DNA of 64,000 nucleotides from Blepharisma stoltei ATCC 30299 (GCA_965603825.1 CBFDEM010000014.1:248001-312000); one strand, 5' to 3'; positions 24,043 to 37,558 are shown, numbered from the stretch's first letter. The notes: generated by a model from the sequence alone, not told the origin. Program-made: numbers and translations.

Positions 24043-24981
24043 ATGGACAACCAGTTTCAATTAAATATTCGTTCAACAAAACGAAAGTTTTCGCAGCCAG
24101 CAATGAGGTCTACAATGTCTAGCCAAGGCACTAGAGTTTTTTCTATTGATTCAAGTGGAAATCCTAATTTTAATAATAATGACCAAGCTTGCCAAAACTC
24201 ACCATTCAAATTGAAAAGTGACCGAAATTTGCCTCATTTTACCTCCGCTTTAAATACTTTAAATAGAACTCAGACAATGACATTAGAATCTGGAGATAAA
24301 TCACCATCAGTTTCTAACCCAAAATCATTTAAAAGAATAATATCATTTCGTGATGCTGAGAATTTACGAACCCAAGATAATAATTCTCAACAATCTCTTG
24401 GAGAATCCTCTCCAACTAAAACTGTAAGATTTCTCGATGAAGAAAATTCTTTAAATAATGACCCTGAGCCTCAGCCAACAAGAAGAAGAGCGAGAATAAA
24501 GACGCTAAAATTAAATGTAAAGCCATGCAATCTGTATGATATTAAAGAAGATGATAGCCTTGAGCATGAAAATATTTTTTTAAATCAGACTATAAAAGAA
24601 AAAAATGAAGAGAATTATATTCGCGATTTAAGCGAAGTATGAACTCATAAGCATTATAGGTGCCGAGTTAGAGAGTTTTCTATAAGTCCTGAAGATGAAT
24701 CAAGAAAATTTCAAGAAAAAAGCCCGAAATTTGCTAAGGGAGCAAAACTAAAAGAAATGATTGGCGAGAAAAATATCTCTGACATAAGGATAAGAGTAAG
24801 AGGAAGTGTGATTTCATCTCGCTTGAGCGCTGATAAGGTTGATCAAGATAATAAAATTGAGAAAACTGAAAAGAGGAATTCACTTGATTCAATTTCTAAG
24901 GAAAGAAAAATTCAATTCAGTAGAAAAATTCATCCAAAGAGGTGGACTTGGAAAGGTGCAAATGGAGTTATTTTTTCTTAA
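24043..24981 (+). CDS. Uncharacterised basic disordered protein, paralogue of 22509-23402
   Basis: Two track ORFs joined by TGA 24640; shared motifs TLKLN, RI(K/R)(I/V)RG and RWTWKG. Confidence 0.8.
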
Positions 24982-25406
24982 TTTTTAATATGTTAAATTA
25001 ATTAATTTAAATTCTTGATATTATTTTGGGATCTAAAATTTATACATTTTTTATCATTACGAAAGAAAAGTCTCTTATATTCTTGAATTCTTTTACTTTT
25101 AAGTGGAAATTTTGGGCATTTTATAATATATTTTACATTTTTTAAAATTATATAATAGGAGCTGCTTGGCTAAGTACCTTTAAGAAAGTTTGCCTTAGTT
25201 TAGAACTTTCACAATCCCTATTAAATTTCTATTTTATAGTCTTCATATGAACCTGGGGTCTGCATTTATATACAATTAATAAATTTTACCCTTTCTTTTA
25301 ATGGAAAGCTCTCATGTATGATAATAAATAAATCATTTCTCTAAAATATAGTAAAGAAAATGTGGAGTTCTTAGACGTTAATATAAATAACAGCACTCAG
25401 AATTTT

Positions 25407-25898
25407 ATGAAAAAATTACTGACATTTTGTATGAGCTGCCTTAATTCAGAAACAGAAGAAAGCCAAAATTTATCACATAATAAAAGTACATCAATTTCTG
25501 AGCTAGTAAATCATAAGATTGGTGATCCTGAATTCAATAAATCTAATGACCAAAAACCAGATGTAAAGACTGTTCCTCAAGAGATTGTTGAACAGCCTAC
25601 TCAGATTGCCAACCAAAATAGTCCACAATCAACTATTAGAAAAGAGAGTGCAATTAAAAAAAGCGAAAATAAAAAGAAACATAAAAATAAATCGAAAATA
25701 AAAAAGAAAAAGAATCATGTAGATAGTAAAAAAGATATTGCCGATAATCCTCCACAATGAAAGCTCAATAGATCAATGACAAATCCGGTTAGCGTGATTG
25801 AAAATGAATCTAAAATGCCTGGCAGAAGACAAAATAGGGTAGCGACTGAAGTTTTTAAAGATTATGTTTTTCCTAGGATTAACATCAAAAAAAAGTAA
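25407..25898 (+). CDS. Uncharacterised Lys-rich protein (163 aa; 1 UGA-Trp)
   Basis: ATG 25407; TGA 25758 read through to TAA 25896-25898. Confidence 0.65.
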
Positions 25899-26132
25899 TT
25901 TTAACGTTGTAATCTCCACTTTTTATCAATAATTTATTAGATCAAAAATGTATTTTATATTGTTTGTATAATAATTCGAATCCTTCGAAATTTTTTTTTT
26001 GGTCAAATTTATTATCAATTAGTTGCTATCTTTAATTTTAATATATAATTCAAAGATATAAGCAGCCAATAATTTAAATTTTAATATTAAACACGGAAGT
26101 TTCATCTATAATTTTCATTTAAACAAATAAAT

Positions 26133-29100
26133 ATGCAAGATCTTGAATTCACTTTCGACTTTAATGACCAAGACGCTTGTATTGATGTAGCCAAAGAAAT
26201 ATGCTCAGAAAATTTGGGAGTCAAAGCAATATTTCAAAAATACACAGGAGGAGCCAATATTGATAGTGCGGACCCATCTGAACGAGAAATCATGATGAGA
26301 CAGTTATTTCAGATGAATTTAGCTATCTTAAAAGCAACTGTAAACCGAGTTGAAGATTTAGAATCATCACCAGGAAGTGCAAAAGATTCTGATAAGCGCC
26401 AAGAAGATATAAGTGAGCTCAAGAAGCAGCTAGAAGACTCAAAACAGCAGATTAGTGCAGAGCGCCAAAAAGCAGCTCAGCAGCTGAAAGCTCTTAAAGA
26501 CCAGCTTGACAATGCAAACGCTCAAATCGGAGATCTCAATCAAAAAAGCCAAAAGCCATCATTGGATGATACTTTGGAAAGGGACAGGACCGCTTTAAGA
26601 GAGGCTATGGGTAAAATAAAGCAACTTGAGGCAAGACTAAGAGAAGTCGATGCACAGCAAAACGCTAAAATTCCAGCAAGACGCCCGCAGTCGACTCAAA
26701 ATGAAATCTATAGAAACTTAAAATCATGAAACGAGTGCTGCTTGAAAATTCAAAAAGTCTGAAGAGGATACAAACAAAGACAAAAATATTATGAGCTCAT
26801 ACAAGAATATGTCAATAAGATTAGATTAGCCCCAAGAATGCAGGCATCTGATGACGCTATCATGAGACAAGTAGCTGATGCAGCCAAAAAGAGAAATTTA
26901 ACTCTTGAGCAGTGTTTCAGGGCTGCAGACAGCAATGATGACGGGACTGTTTCTTGTGATGAATTTGTTAAATTTATTACGACTCTAAAGCTGGGGCTTA
27001 GTAAAGCTCAAGTTTCTAGACTTATGCTAATTTTAGATGAAGACTGCTCCGGACAAATAGAAAGTAAAGAGTTTTACAATGCATTGGCCGCTTATCATGT
27101 CTCTGCTGAAGATCATCGATCATCAGCGAAAACCTATGAACAAGAAATTTTAATAAAATTCGCCAGAATTATCGACCAAAGAGGTATTTCTCCTGAAGAG
27201 GTTTTTAACCTCTGTGATATTGATGGGACTGGGCTAATCAGCACAAAAGAACTCGAAAAATTTTTATTAGGGATGAACGTCGGCTTCCAGCAGAAAGAAG
27301 TTTTTGCATTAATGACCTTGCTTGATACAGATAGAAGTGGAGAACTGAATAAAGAAGAATTTTTAAAGTATTTGAATAAAGGAATACAGGCATTTAAAAT
27401 TGAAAGCATGATTGGAAATTCAGCAGCACCAATGAAGCCTTCAGATACCAGAAAAAATGCGACAAATGTGCAAGCACCAAAAGAAAATAATGAAGCTATA
27501 AGGCAGCTTGTTGCAAAAATGGAAAGCAGAGGTACAAGCATTTCTGAGCTTTTCCAAATAATTCAAACTGATAAATCAGGCAGGATGACTATTGCTGCGT
27601 TTTCAAGAGGGATTTCTAAGCTTTACCCACATATGACAAAGGATGAAGTCTTGACATTGTTAAGCTCAATTGATTTAGATCAAAATGGAATGCTTGACTC
27701 AAGAGAAGTCAGCAATTTTTTATCATCCTATTCATCTACAGGAAACCTCACAATCAAACAAATTTTTGAAAAAATGGCAAGCCAAATTCAAGCCCAAAAA
27801 ATTTCTACAGTTGATTTCTTTACACGCTCAAGAATCAGAGACCGATTAGACCAGCAAGAATTCATCCAAGACATTGGAAGAGTTTTTAGCTTAACCCCAT
27901 CCCAATGCCAAGAAGTTTTTAATTACCTTAACTTCGAAGAAGTTGGAGAAATCCTAACAAGAGACTTAATTTCTGTCATCCAATCATACAGGACTGACTC
28001 AGCAGAAAATGTGTCTGCCCCAAAATCTTCTCAAGCAGCCAAACTTGTCGCCAATGATGCTGCACAAGAACTATTAGCAATTTTAAAAGAAGTAGGACTT
28101 GAGCCAGTCAATATTTTTAAATTCGCTGACAGAGGAAATAGAGGGACTATTCAAGTTGGGGATTTTTTAACAGCCCTTGTAAAGCTGCTGCCCAATATTA
28201 GTGAAAGCTTATTAAAGCGAGTTATTGAAATATTCCCCAGCGCAACTATAAGCAGAAATGATGTTATTGCAGCTTTTAAAAATGTTGAGCCCAAAGAAAA
28301 TAAAGAAGGGTTGGACCAATTTGGATTGACTGTAGAGCAAGTATATTGGCTGAAAAAATTAAATGAAGCTATAGTTAAGATGAGAGCAACCCCAGAAACT
28401 ATTTTTATAGCTTCAGACCTAGACCAAGACGGTAAAGCAAACAGCCAAGAAATCCGTGCAGCTATGAAAAGATTCTTCCCGAGTACAATACTCTCTCATA
28501 CTGAGCTAAGTTTAATTGAACAATCACTAGATATCAATAAAAATGGGTTCATTGAGGAACAGGAATTCACAAAAAGGCTTCAAGATATAAAGAGCTCAAA
28601 CCATCCTGAGTCTGCACTAAAAGCTTATGCAGAATCAAGGGAAAAACAGGAAAAGCAGGAAAGGCAGGAAGAAGTTAAAATGCCAGTTCCAAAGCCTGTA
28701 CAGCCTGCGGCTAAAAGCCAATCACAACCAATTTCTGCCAATCAAAAAGTCCAACCTCCTCCTGCTGTTGAACAAAAGCCAAAGGTCAAGGAAGCTTTTA
28801 ATGAGCCTATTCCTGAAGCTAGAAAGCCAGCACTTAAATCAGATTATGCAGCAGAAGATTATGAAAATTATGAAGAAAACTACGAAGAAGAGCCTCCACT
28901 AATGAAAAGACGAGCTGAAATCCCAAGAGAAAACCCAGATGAAGAAAAAATCCCTATCAAATCAGGAGTTAAAAGAGACCAACAAAGAGATGTAACCCTC
29001 TCTTCAATTGAACCTGCTCCAGTTAATGCCAAGCAAGAGCCTGTCAGCCAGGTAAACCCTTCATTTTTGGCATTTTTAAATTCAATCCCCAAGTCAATTA

Positions 29101-32100
29101 CAATCTCTTCTTGGATCGAAAGCAAAGGTCTGAGTTTAGATGCTTATCTTGGCTATGAAGAATTCTCAAAAATCACCAATATTAGTAGAATGGATCAAGA
29201 TTTCATTTTTTCCTTTTTGGATGCCAATAAGCGAGGCTTTATTTTTGTCCATCAAATTATGACACTTCTTGAAGTGCTTCAGTTCAATAAAGGTGATATT
29301 AAAAATTTCCCATTCAGCGCGAATCAAAACGTTGATAGTAGTGCAAAAAATATATTAATTTCAGAAGCAAATCAAGTAGACGAAACTAATAAAACAGCAA
29401 GCGAGTTTTATTCAGAACTCGGAATCGGAATTGATAGCAACCTCACATCAACATATTTTAATCAAATATTCGGGCAAGATGCAGCTATTTTAGAATTAAA
29501 TAGACTTTTTGCAGCATTAGATGTGCAGAAATCAAAGAAGGTAAGATTTTATTACTGTCTAGCCTGCATTGAAAGCTATTGCCAATACATTCTAGAAGCA
29601 GACTCAAAAAAAACTCCAAGCTGGGGTGACCAAATAAGTAATGTTGTATTAAGAATCCCTGAAAACGCCAAAACCATCGATTTTTTCAACATTATCCAGA
29701 TTCATGAAGCTATTGATGAAGCTAAATTTGTGAGCATTGTTATGACAAAGCTAAACTTAGACGTCGGAAAAGCTCAAAATCTCTTTTCTGATATTGACGT
29801 CAAAAAGTGCAGACAAATTTTTGGATTTCAGCTCTTAACGCAAGTGGATTTGTATAGAAGCTGCATAGAAAACGGAAAAGTTGTGAACGAGATGCCAAGT
29901 CTCCCTTATTCTTATGCATCTGATTTACCGAGGAATATAAAATTGCCTTTGATGGGTTTGGCTAAAAAAATAGATGATGGTAATGTTGGCACTTGTGAGA
30001 GGTTTTGGGCTTCAGAAGTTAATATAAGCTCAGTTATGACTAAAAAAGAGTTTGCTTATAGCGTTAAGGATTTAACAGAGCAGCAAGCTTTTGATATTTT
30101 TGGGAAATGCGACATAAAGCAATCAGGGAAAATCTGGTTTTACCACTTTTTAGCTGTTTTAGAAACATACAGAGCATCATTCAAGATAAATAATCCAGTT
30201 TCTTCATCAAGCGGATTGGCGCCTACTGCACGAAACTCAGAGCCTGTTGCCAAAGTCCCAGAGCCAGCTCCCAAAGTCTCACAGAATCCTCAAAATCTAC
30301 TCCAAGATGCCTTAATAAAAGTGGGGAAGTATCTAAATGGTCAAAATGAGTACCAAAGAATTCTTACAGCAAACGATGTATTCGGAATAATGGACTACAA
30401 TGAAAAAGGAACAGTTGGAAAAAATGAATTTAAGCGGTGTTTAAGCAAGCTAAATATCGACATAACAGACCAACAACAAGATCTGCTGATGGTAGAAGCT
30501 GATACAAATAAAAATGGAGAAATCGATTATAATGAATTTTGTGGCTTTTTAAGTGCATTTCTGAAATCCTCTGAGAAAAAAAGCCCAGAGCCAACAGTCA
30601 TAAAGCAAAAGAAGAGAGGGGAAATTAAAGGAGTCGAGAGAAAACCGAACGATTTTGCTGAAGGCTCTTTCGGCCAGGCAATTTATAAGCTTAAGATTTA
30701 TATGAGAGACAACCAAAATGGGATAAAGTCTATAGAAAGTACTTTTCAGCGCCTTGACGAAGAAAAGACCAATATTTTATGTGAAACTGAGTTTAATCTT
30801 GGTCTTGAAAGAATGAGGATTGGGTTAACTTCAAGGCAAAAAGAGCAAATAACAAAGCTAGCTGACACCAAGAAGGATGGACAAATAAACTACAAAGACT
30901 TCATAGATTTACTTTATGACTATGAATTTTCCAGCCCTAATAAAGTAGGTGCGGAAGAAAGCAAGGATATAAAGCTGCCCATCGAAATGATGCAAGAAGA
31001 TGACGTGAATAACCCAGTTTCAGAAATCCATAGCTACCAAATACAGCCAGATGTTGATTATTTCACAAAGTCAAATCCTCGATGTACAACGATTTTAAAT
31101 AGTGAAATTGCAACCTTAAAGCGATGTGTGGAACTATTAGAAAAGCTCAAGAAAGGAAAATTCAAAGACCCAGATTTTGGTCCAGAACAAGAAAAAGGGG
31201 GCGCATTTTGTTTGTATTGGAATGGTGTGCCTCCTGGTAGCAATTATCCACCTTCTGAAGAATTAGAGTGGGTTGCGCCATCAGATCATTATGATTGCAG
31301 TTTTATAAAAGAAGGGATCAGCACTAATGACGTTATTCAAGGGTCTCTTGGTGACTGTTGGTTCATTGGAGCTCTATGCGTGCTTGCAACTAGAGACAAC
31401 TTAGTTAGAGGAAGCATAGAAAGTCTATCTAACCCAAATGAAATAACTGCAGAAAATGCACTTGGGGTTTCCAAAGGTGTCTATCCACCTATTTTCCATT
31501 GTTTTGCTAAAAAAGGGCTATATGTGTTAAGATTTTTCATAAATGATGCCTGGAGGTGGGTTATTATTGATGAAAGAGTCCCAATGTACACTGGAGGTGA
31601 CAGGCCGCAGTATGTCTTTGGGCACTCTAGAGATCCTGGAGAGCTTTGGGTGTGTCTTATAGAAAAGGCTTATGCGAAAATATTTGGATGCTATGAATCG
31701 TTAAATGGAGGTCTTATTGATGATGGCCTTTGCGATTTGACTGGACTTGCTTCTGAAAACCTCAAAATTAAAGGGAAAAATGGATTTTTAAGTGGCCCTG
31801 CTGACCAAGAAAAGCAAAAAGCAGACCAACTGTGGCAAAGACTCAAGAGTTATAGAGATCAAGGAACTCTTATGGGGTGCTCTATTGATGGGCAAGGTGT
31901 TGAAAGTGATGTCATTATAGACGGTGAACAAACTGGCCTCCTCGCTAGACATGCATACGGGATAATTGACGTCATTTATGTTAATAACCCACGAGCGACC
32001 AATACTAAAAAACGCCACAGACTTCTCAGAGTAAGAAATCCATGGGGACAGAGAGAATGGCAAGGCAAATGGCATGATAAAAGTCCAGAGCTCTTACAAA

Positions 32101-32819
32101 ATCTTGAAATTATCCAAAGAGAGCTTGAAAAAATAGAAGGCGAGCCTTATGACCCAGAAAATAGCGACGATGGGACTTTCTTAATGAACTTCAAAAGCTG
32201 GAGGACAATTTATGATAACCTGTATGCCTGCGTAGACTTCCCTGATGAGTGGTGGGGTGTGCGATTTCGAGGAGCCTGGACAAGAGAAAACTCAGGCGGA
32301 GTCCCAACAACCCCGAATAAAGCGCATGCAGAAAGATGGGCTAAAAACCCACAATTCTTTATGGAGCTAAAGCAGAAATCAGAAATCTTTATTTATTTGT
32401 CTCAAGAGGACGGGAGACATGCGAAAGGCTCAGTGTTTCCTTTTGAAGGAGTCATTAACACTGCGTGTTTTTCTATTATGAAGGTAGGTCCTGATGAAGA
32501 CAGAGTAACTTTCTTTGACCAATCCAAAATTATAAAATTGTCTGTACTTAAGCTGCATAGAGAAATTGAGCTGAGGATTGAGCTGAATCCAGGGAAATAT
32601 GCAATTGTTCCTGCAACTTTGGATCCTGGAAAAACTGGGCCGTTTGGCCTTTCTATTTATTTGTCGTGCCAGAAGAATATGGCTAAATTGTATGCTGGAG
32701 ATGACAAGAGTAACCAAGGAGAGCTTATAGAAGAGGAAGAAGAAGTATCAAAAGAGAGTATCAACCCTTCAATTATTTCTGATTTGAGAGAACTCGTTAG
32801 ATATCTTATGACGGTATAA
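26133..32819 (+). CDS. Giant calpain: coiled coil + IQ motif + EF-hand array + CysPc + C2-like domain (2228 aa; 2 UGA-Trp)
   Basis: IQKVWRGYKQR (W=TGA 26760); many DxDxxG..E loops; catalytic QGSLGDCWF, RHAYG, RNPWG; LIEKAYAK; domain III KNPQF..GKYAIVPAT. Confidence 0.92.
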
Positions 32820-32934
32820 AGATTAATCTAATAGCAACTGTTCGAGATTTATTAAGCTACTAAAAATTCTATATTTAATGCTCTTACTATCATAAATACC
32901 AAAACCATTATATTCCAATTGAAATTATCTTAAA

Positions 32935-33753
32935 TTAAGATAGATAAAGTGAGATTGCTATGACTAAGAGAAACACTGAAAACTCGAGTTTAATGCTCAT
33001 GTCATCGCTTTCTCCATATTTAATAACCAGCCTATCATTTCTCTCCTGTAGGTTTCTGTTATTTCCGTTATTCCCTGCAAATGACGAATTTCCAGCCCAA
33101 AACTTGTGGAAAAAGTTCCGTTGGCTTTCATCTAAATCTTGAACTTCGCTCCATAAAAACCATTTAACTCCTTCAGTGCACGGAGGAGTTGTGAGTGACC
33201 CTTCAAACTCATAAAACTTTTCAATTTTGCTGTTCCCATTAAACACGTCCATTAAGTTCACATCTGTATAATTGCTTTCAGACTCTATCACTTGCGATAT
33301 AAAGTTATTAGTTTTACCATTTACGTCAAAAAATATACCTAGCACATATAGTGAGCCTTGAACGTTTGGGTTTTTCATCACAATGTGCATTTCCAAGTCA
33401 AAATATTTCCCATTAAGAGTGTATTCCGATGGAGAATGAAAATGAAAAGCTGAGGAATGCAAATTGATAGAGGGTTTAGAAGGAAAAGCAACTGCAAGAT
33501 TGCCCCAATCAGAGTAGACTGCAAATGAGTAAGAAGTCATATGTCCCATTGTGAAGTTTGGTTTGAAATCTGGATAGAGAACTATTGAGCTTGTGGTATT
33601 TACAAGAATTATTTCGGATTCGGAATCTCGTATTGCAATTGGAGATTGTAAGGTACCGTTTTGGCATGTATCTGTCCAGTCATCTCCGCCTTCATGGTAT
33701 GAGACATGCAAACTTGATACTAAAGTAAGGGCAATTAAGCAAAATATTTTCAT
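32935..33753 (-). CDS. Secreted, probably GPI- or TM-anchored alpha-carbonic anhydrase
   Basis: QSPI, FHFH, EMH and GSLTTPPCTEGVKW motifs; signal peptide and hydrophobic C-terminus. Confidence 0.9.
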   Translation of the reverse strand: MKIFCLIALTLVSSLHVSYHEGGDDWTDTCQNGTLQSPIAIRDSESEIILVNTTSSIVLYPDFKPNFTMGHMTSYSFAVYSDWGNLAVAFPSKPSINLHSSAFHFHSPSEYTLNGKYFDLEMHIVMKNPNVQGSLYVLGIFFDVNGKTNNFISQVIESESNYTDVNLMDVFNGNSKIEKFYEFEGSLTTPPCTEGVKWFLWSEVQDLDESQRNFFHKFWAGNSSFAGNNGNNRNLQERNDRLVIKYGESDDMSIKLEFSVFLLVIAISLYLS

Positions 33754-33901
33754 TTTATTGCGAGATAATATGGAGAGTTATAAAATATTTAATTTATTCA
33801 AAATTACTAACTGACTTGATTTAAAAATTTTTTTTTTGCAATTTTATTAAGAATTAGCGACTTAAGTGATGCTAAATAAGATTTATAACATCGAAGATTA
33901 A

Positions 33902-34648
33902 TTAGCTCAAATTTCGTTTGCAATTATGGCAAACCATTCTCATATTTTTGCACTGATTTGTCATATATGGTAGCATAAAGCAACCAAATACTCCGCCAAC
34001 TAAGAAAATCCCAACTGCAGACCAAAAAGTCTTCGCAGAATTAGTGTAGCAAATATCAGTCATAACTTCTCCTTTGCAAAATGCACATCATTTGAGTGTT
34101 GGAACATCAGAATGCTCATCCTCATCTTCAATTGCTGTAGCAAACCTTGACTCCCCAAAACTGTTATTTCAAGGAATAGGCACAGGTGCTCCAAGAGACT
34201 GTGTTTTCGGGACTTCTTCAGTTTTTTCTATAAAGCTTCCTCCTATCTTTGACGGGATCGATATTTCAGACTTTCTTCCCACTTGTAATTCTTCTTCAAG
34301 CTGTTTAAGTTTTTCTTGCAGCCTATTTGTAAGAGTGGTCTTAGTAGTTTGGTTTATTTCATTAACCGCTGACCCAAGCACAAATGGATTTTTAAGTAAG
34401 GTTCTTCTAGGCGAAATGGTTTTTCTAATAACTGTTGAGCGAAGTGTGCTGGAATTTGTATCTCGGGTATCTTGTAAGTTAGTCCTCATAGATGGAGATT
34501 GAAGTGTTTTGTCGCCAGGGATGCTTGGAGACTCAAAGAATCGTGAATTGTTTTTGGTATTAGGCATATCTGGTGATCCCACATTGCTAAATAGCGAATG
34601 CAATCGATTCTCGCTAGGAGAATCTTGTATTTTTTCTTTCCGGTCCAT
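33902..34648 (-). CDS. LITAF-domain zinc-ribbon membrane protein (248 aa; 2 UGA-Trp)
   Basis: Readthrough of TGA 34169 reveals WCAFCKGEVMT..hydrophobic..GCFMLPY..CKNMRMVCHNCKR. Confidence 0.85.
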
Positions 34649-34819
34649 TTTTTATTAGGATATATTTGACAGCTATATGATATCCTTAAGCAATAAATTT
34701 TGATATCGGATACAATTAGATCAGCAATTTCTGTGGCTCTTCATTTTTTGAAAAATGAGGATTTGAAAAGTGGTTACGTTTATAACAAAAAACCTTTTGA
34801 CATTTTGTTGGAATATAAA

Positions 34820-35233
34820 ATGAACGACGGATCGAATTATTACCCGTATATGCCCCCACCAGCTTTTGCTCCAAGTGCACCTGATTTTCAAGAATATATA
34901 GCTTACCCATCAGGCGCAAATCAACCTTATTATCCACCTCCACAGCCACAACAGCCTCCTCAGCAAATCATATATCCAAATTATAATCCATACCCGGTGC
35001 CTGCTTACCCTCAGTACAATAATCAACAGGCGACTATGAATGCTTTGTATAATACTCAAAGCGCTCCTACTGTTTTAAATGCCAATCCGCACTGCGCAGT
35101 TTGTAGAGGAACTGGATTTAATAGAAATAGAGAAATGTGTAATAGATGCTGTGTGCAAAATCGAGACATGCCTCCGCATCGAAATGGAGGATCTGCCATG
35201 AGAAGATTTTTATGGGGTTCGCGGCGATTTTAG
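34820..35233 (+). CDS. Pro/Tyr/Gln-rich protein with a CxxCxGxG..CxxC zinc finger
   Basis: PPPAFAPSAP and PYYPPPQP repeats; CAVCRGTGFNRNREMCNRC. Confidence 0.7.
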   Translation: MNDGSNYYPYMPPPAFAPSAPDFQEYIAYPSGANQPYYPPPQPQQPPQQIIYPNYNPYPVPAYPQYNNQQATMNALYNTQSAPTVLNANPHCAVCRGTGFNRNREMCNRCCVQNRDMPPHRNGGSAMRRFLWGSRRF

Positions 35234-35300
35234 ACCAGCCTAATTGTTTATCATTAATTAGAATTATAACCACACTATTTTGTACATTAATTTATTCAAG

Positions 35301-35363
35301 CTCCTTTATCCTTGATCGGACGATGCTCAGCGTCAGAGCAAGGATGGGGTAGAAACATTTTTT
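35301..35363 (+). ncRNA. Candidate structured small RNA (long hairpin, then ACA and T6)
   Basis: GC-rich island; CTCCTTTATCCTTGATCGGACG pairs with CGTCAGAGCAAGGATGGGGTAG, with G-U pairs favouring the + strand. Confidence 0.35.
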
Positions 35364-35581
35364 CGAATAGAATTAATTAAAGCATATAAGGCTTCTTGCA
35401 TTAAATATATTATCTTGCTAGATCTCTATTAACTGAGTTTGCTAAATTTGGAGTACTCAATTTAAAAATATTTTAAAATGATAAAATTGTTCTATTTATA
35501 CATATTACTTATATGTATAAACCCGCTTATGTTTTAATCCTTATTATTTTACCATAGTTTATTAAAATTGTTATTCTATAT

Positions 35582-37558
35582 TTAAAGATCATCGTGTGAG
35601 CCCATATCTTCATGTCCAGCAGAGTCATAAATCTTGGAAATGATTGGGTTGCAAATCTTTTCTACTTCCTTAAGTTTGTCTTGGTACTCTTCTTTGCTAG
35701 CATCTGGGTTAGATGAAAGCCAGCTCAAAGCGTCTTCAACTGCATCTTTAATTGTTGACTTGTCTGATTCTGATAGTTTATCTCCAACTTTTTCTGTGTC
35801 TTCAATTGAGTTTCTCATAGAATAAGCATAGCTTTCGAGAGCATTTCTAGCATCTACCTTAGCTTTGGCTTCTTTATCTTGGTCAGCGAACTGTTCAGCT
35901 TCCTTGACCATTCTTTCGATTTCATCCTTAGAAAGTCTTCCAGTGTCGTTGGTAATTGTAATGTGGTTTTTGTTGCCGGTTCCTTGGTCGACAGCTGCCA
36001 CATTCAAAATGCCGTTGGCGTCAATTTCAAAGGTCACTTCAATTTGTGGTACTCCTCTTGCCGCTGGTGGGATGTCTTTTAAGTCGAATTGTCCAAGTTT
36101 GTGGTTATCTTTGGTCATTGCTCTTTCACCTTCGTACACTTGGATGGAGACCATGGTTTGCTGGTCTTGATAAGTGGTGAAGACTTGTGATTTCTTGGTA
36201 GGGATGACAGTTCCTCTTGGGATAAGGACAGTCATGACTCCTCCTACAGTTTCAATTCCTAAGCTAAGAGGCGCAACATCAATAAGGACAATATCAGCTG
36301 TTTCTTCTCCACCTTGACCACTCAAAATTCCAGCTTGCACAGCAGCTCCATAAGCTACAGCTTCGTCAGGGTTGATGCCCATATTTGGTTCTTTTCCGTT
36401 GAAGAAGTCTTTGATTAATCTTTGAACCTTAGGAATTCTAGTTGATCCTCCCACAAGTACAATTTCATCAATATCGCTCTTTTGCATGCCTGAGTCATCA
36501 AGCACTTGTTTGACAGGTCCCAAAGTCTTTTTGAATAAATCATTGTTCAAGTCTTCAAACTTGGCTCTGGTCAAAGTTTCACTGAAATCAATCCCATCAT
36601 GAAAAGCTTCAATTTCAATGGTAACCTGATGTGTGCTTGACAAAGCTCTTTTAGCGTTTTCTACTTCTCTTTTAAGTTTCTGGACAGCGTGCTTATTTTT
36701 GCTGGCATCGACGCTGTGTTTCTTTTGGAAAAGCTTGATGAGGTAGTCCATAACTCTTTGGTCAAAATCTTCCCCTCCTAAATGTGTATCTCCAGAAGTA
36801 GCGACGACCTCAAAAACTCCGTTATCAATTGTGAGTAAAGAGACATCAAAGGTACCACCACCTAAGTCGAAAACTAATATGTTCTTTTCGCCTTGGCCTT
36901 TTTTATCAAGACCATAAGCAATTGCGGCTGCTGTTGGTTCGTTGATGATTCTTAAAACATTAAGTCCTGAAATAGCGCCAGCGTCTTTGGTTGCTTGTCT
37001 TTGTGAGTCGTTGAAGTAAGCTGGGACAGTGACAACTGCATGTTTGACTTCTTGTCCTAAGAAGGCCTCAGCAATGTCTCTCATCTTGGCGAGGACCATT
37101 GAGCTGATTTCTTCAGGAGCGAATTCTTTGACTTCTTTGCCTGTTTTCAAGGAAATGTAAGGCTTTCCTTGCTTATTAACGATGTCGTATGATAGAAGCT
37201 TTTTGTCATTCTGTACTGTATCGTCGTCATATTTTCTACCTATAAGTCTCTTGACACTGTAAGCGGTAGCGCTAGGGTTGATGGCAGCTTGGTTTTTGGC
37301 GGCTTCTCCTACAAGTCTGTCACCTTCTTCAGAGAGGGCTACGTAGGAGGGAGTAATTCTATTGCCTTGGTCGTTAGGAATGATCTCGACACGGCCATTC
37401 CTGTAGATACCTACACACGAATAGGTTGTACCCAAGTCAATTCCAACTGCAGGGCCTTTTATTTCACTGTCTTTTGAGCCTGCACTAGCTGAAAAGAATA
37501 AGCAAGCAGCAATCAAGCCGAAGTATGCAAGACCTAATGTTTGCAGCTTTCGAGACAT
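35582..37558 (-). CDS. HSPA5: ER Hsp70 chaperone BiP/GRP78
   Basis: [18 protein letters not shown], signal peptide, C-terminal HDDL. Confidence 0.97.
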   Translation of the reverse strand: MSRKLQTLGLAYFGLIAACLFFSASAGSKDSEIKGPAVGIDLGTTYSCVGIYRNGRVEIIPNDQGNRITPSYVALSEEGDRLVGEAAKNQAAINPSATAYSVKRLIGRKYDDDTVQNDKKLLSYDIVNKQGKPYISLKTGKEVKEFAPEEISSMVLAKMRDIAEAFLGQEVKHAVVTVPAYFNDSQRQATKDAGAISGLNVLRIINEPTAAAIAYGLDKKGQGEKNILVFDLGGGTFDVSLLTIDNGVFEVVATSGDTHLGGEDFDQRVMDYLIKLFQKKHSVDASKNKHAVQKLKREVENAKRALSSTHQVTIEIEAFHDGIDFSETLTRAKFEDLNNDLFKKTLGPVKQVLDDSGMQKSDIDEIVLVGGSTRIPKVQRLIKDFFNGKEPNMGINPDEAVAYGAAVQAGILSGQGGEETADIVLIDVAPLSLGIETVGGVMTVLIPRGTVIPTKKSQVFTTYQDQQTMVSIQVYEGERAMTKDNHKLGQFDLKDIPPAARGVPQIEVTFEIDANGILNVAAVDQGTGNKNHITITNDTGRLSKDEIERMVKEAEQFADQDKEAKAKVDARNALESYAYSMRNSIEDTEKVGDKLSESDKSTIKDAVEDALSWLSSNPDASKEEYQDKLKEVEKICNPIISKIYDSAGHEDMGSHDDL

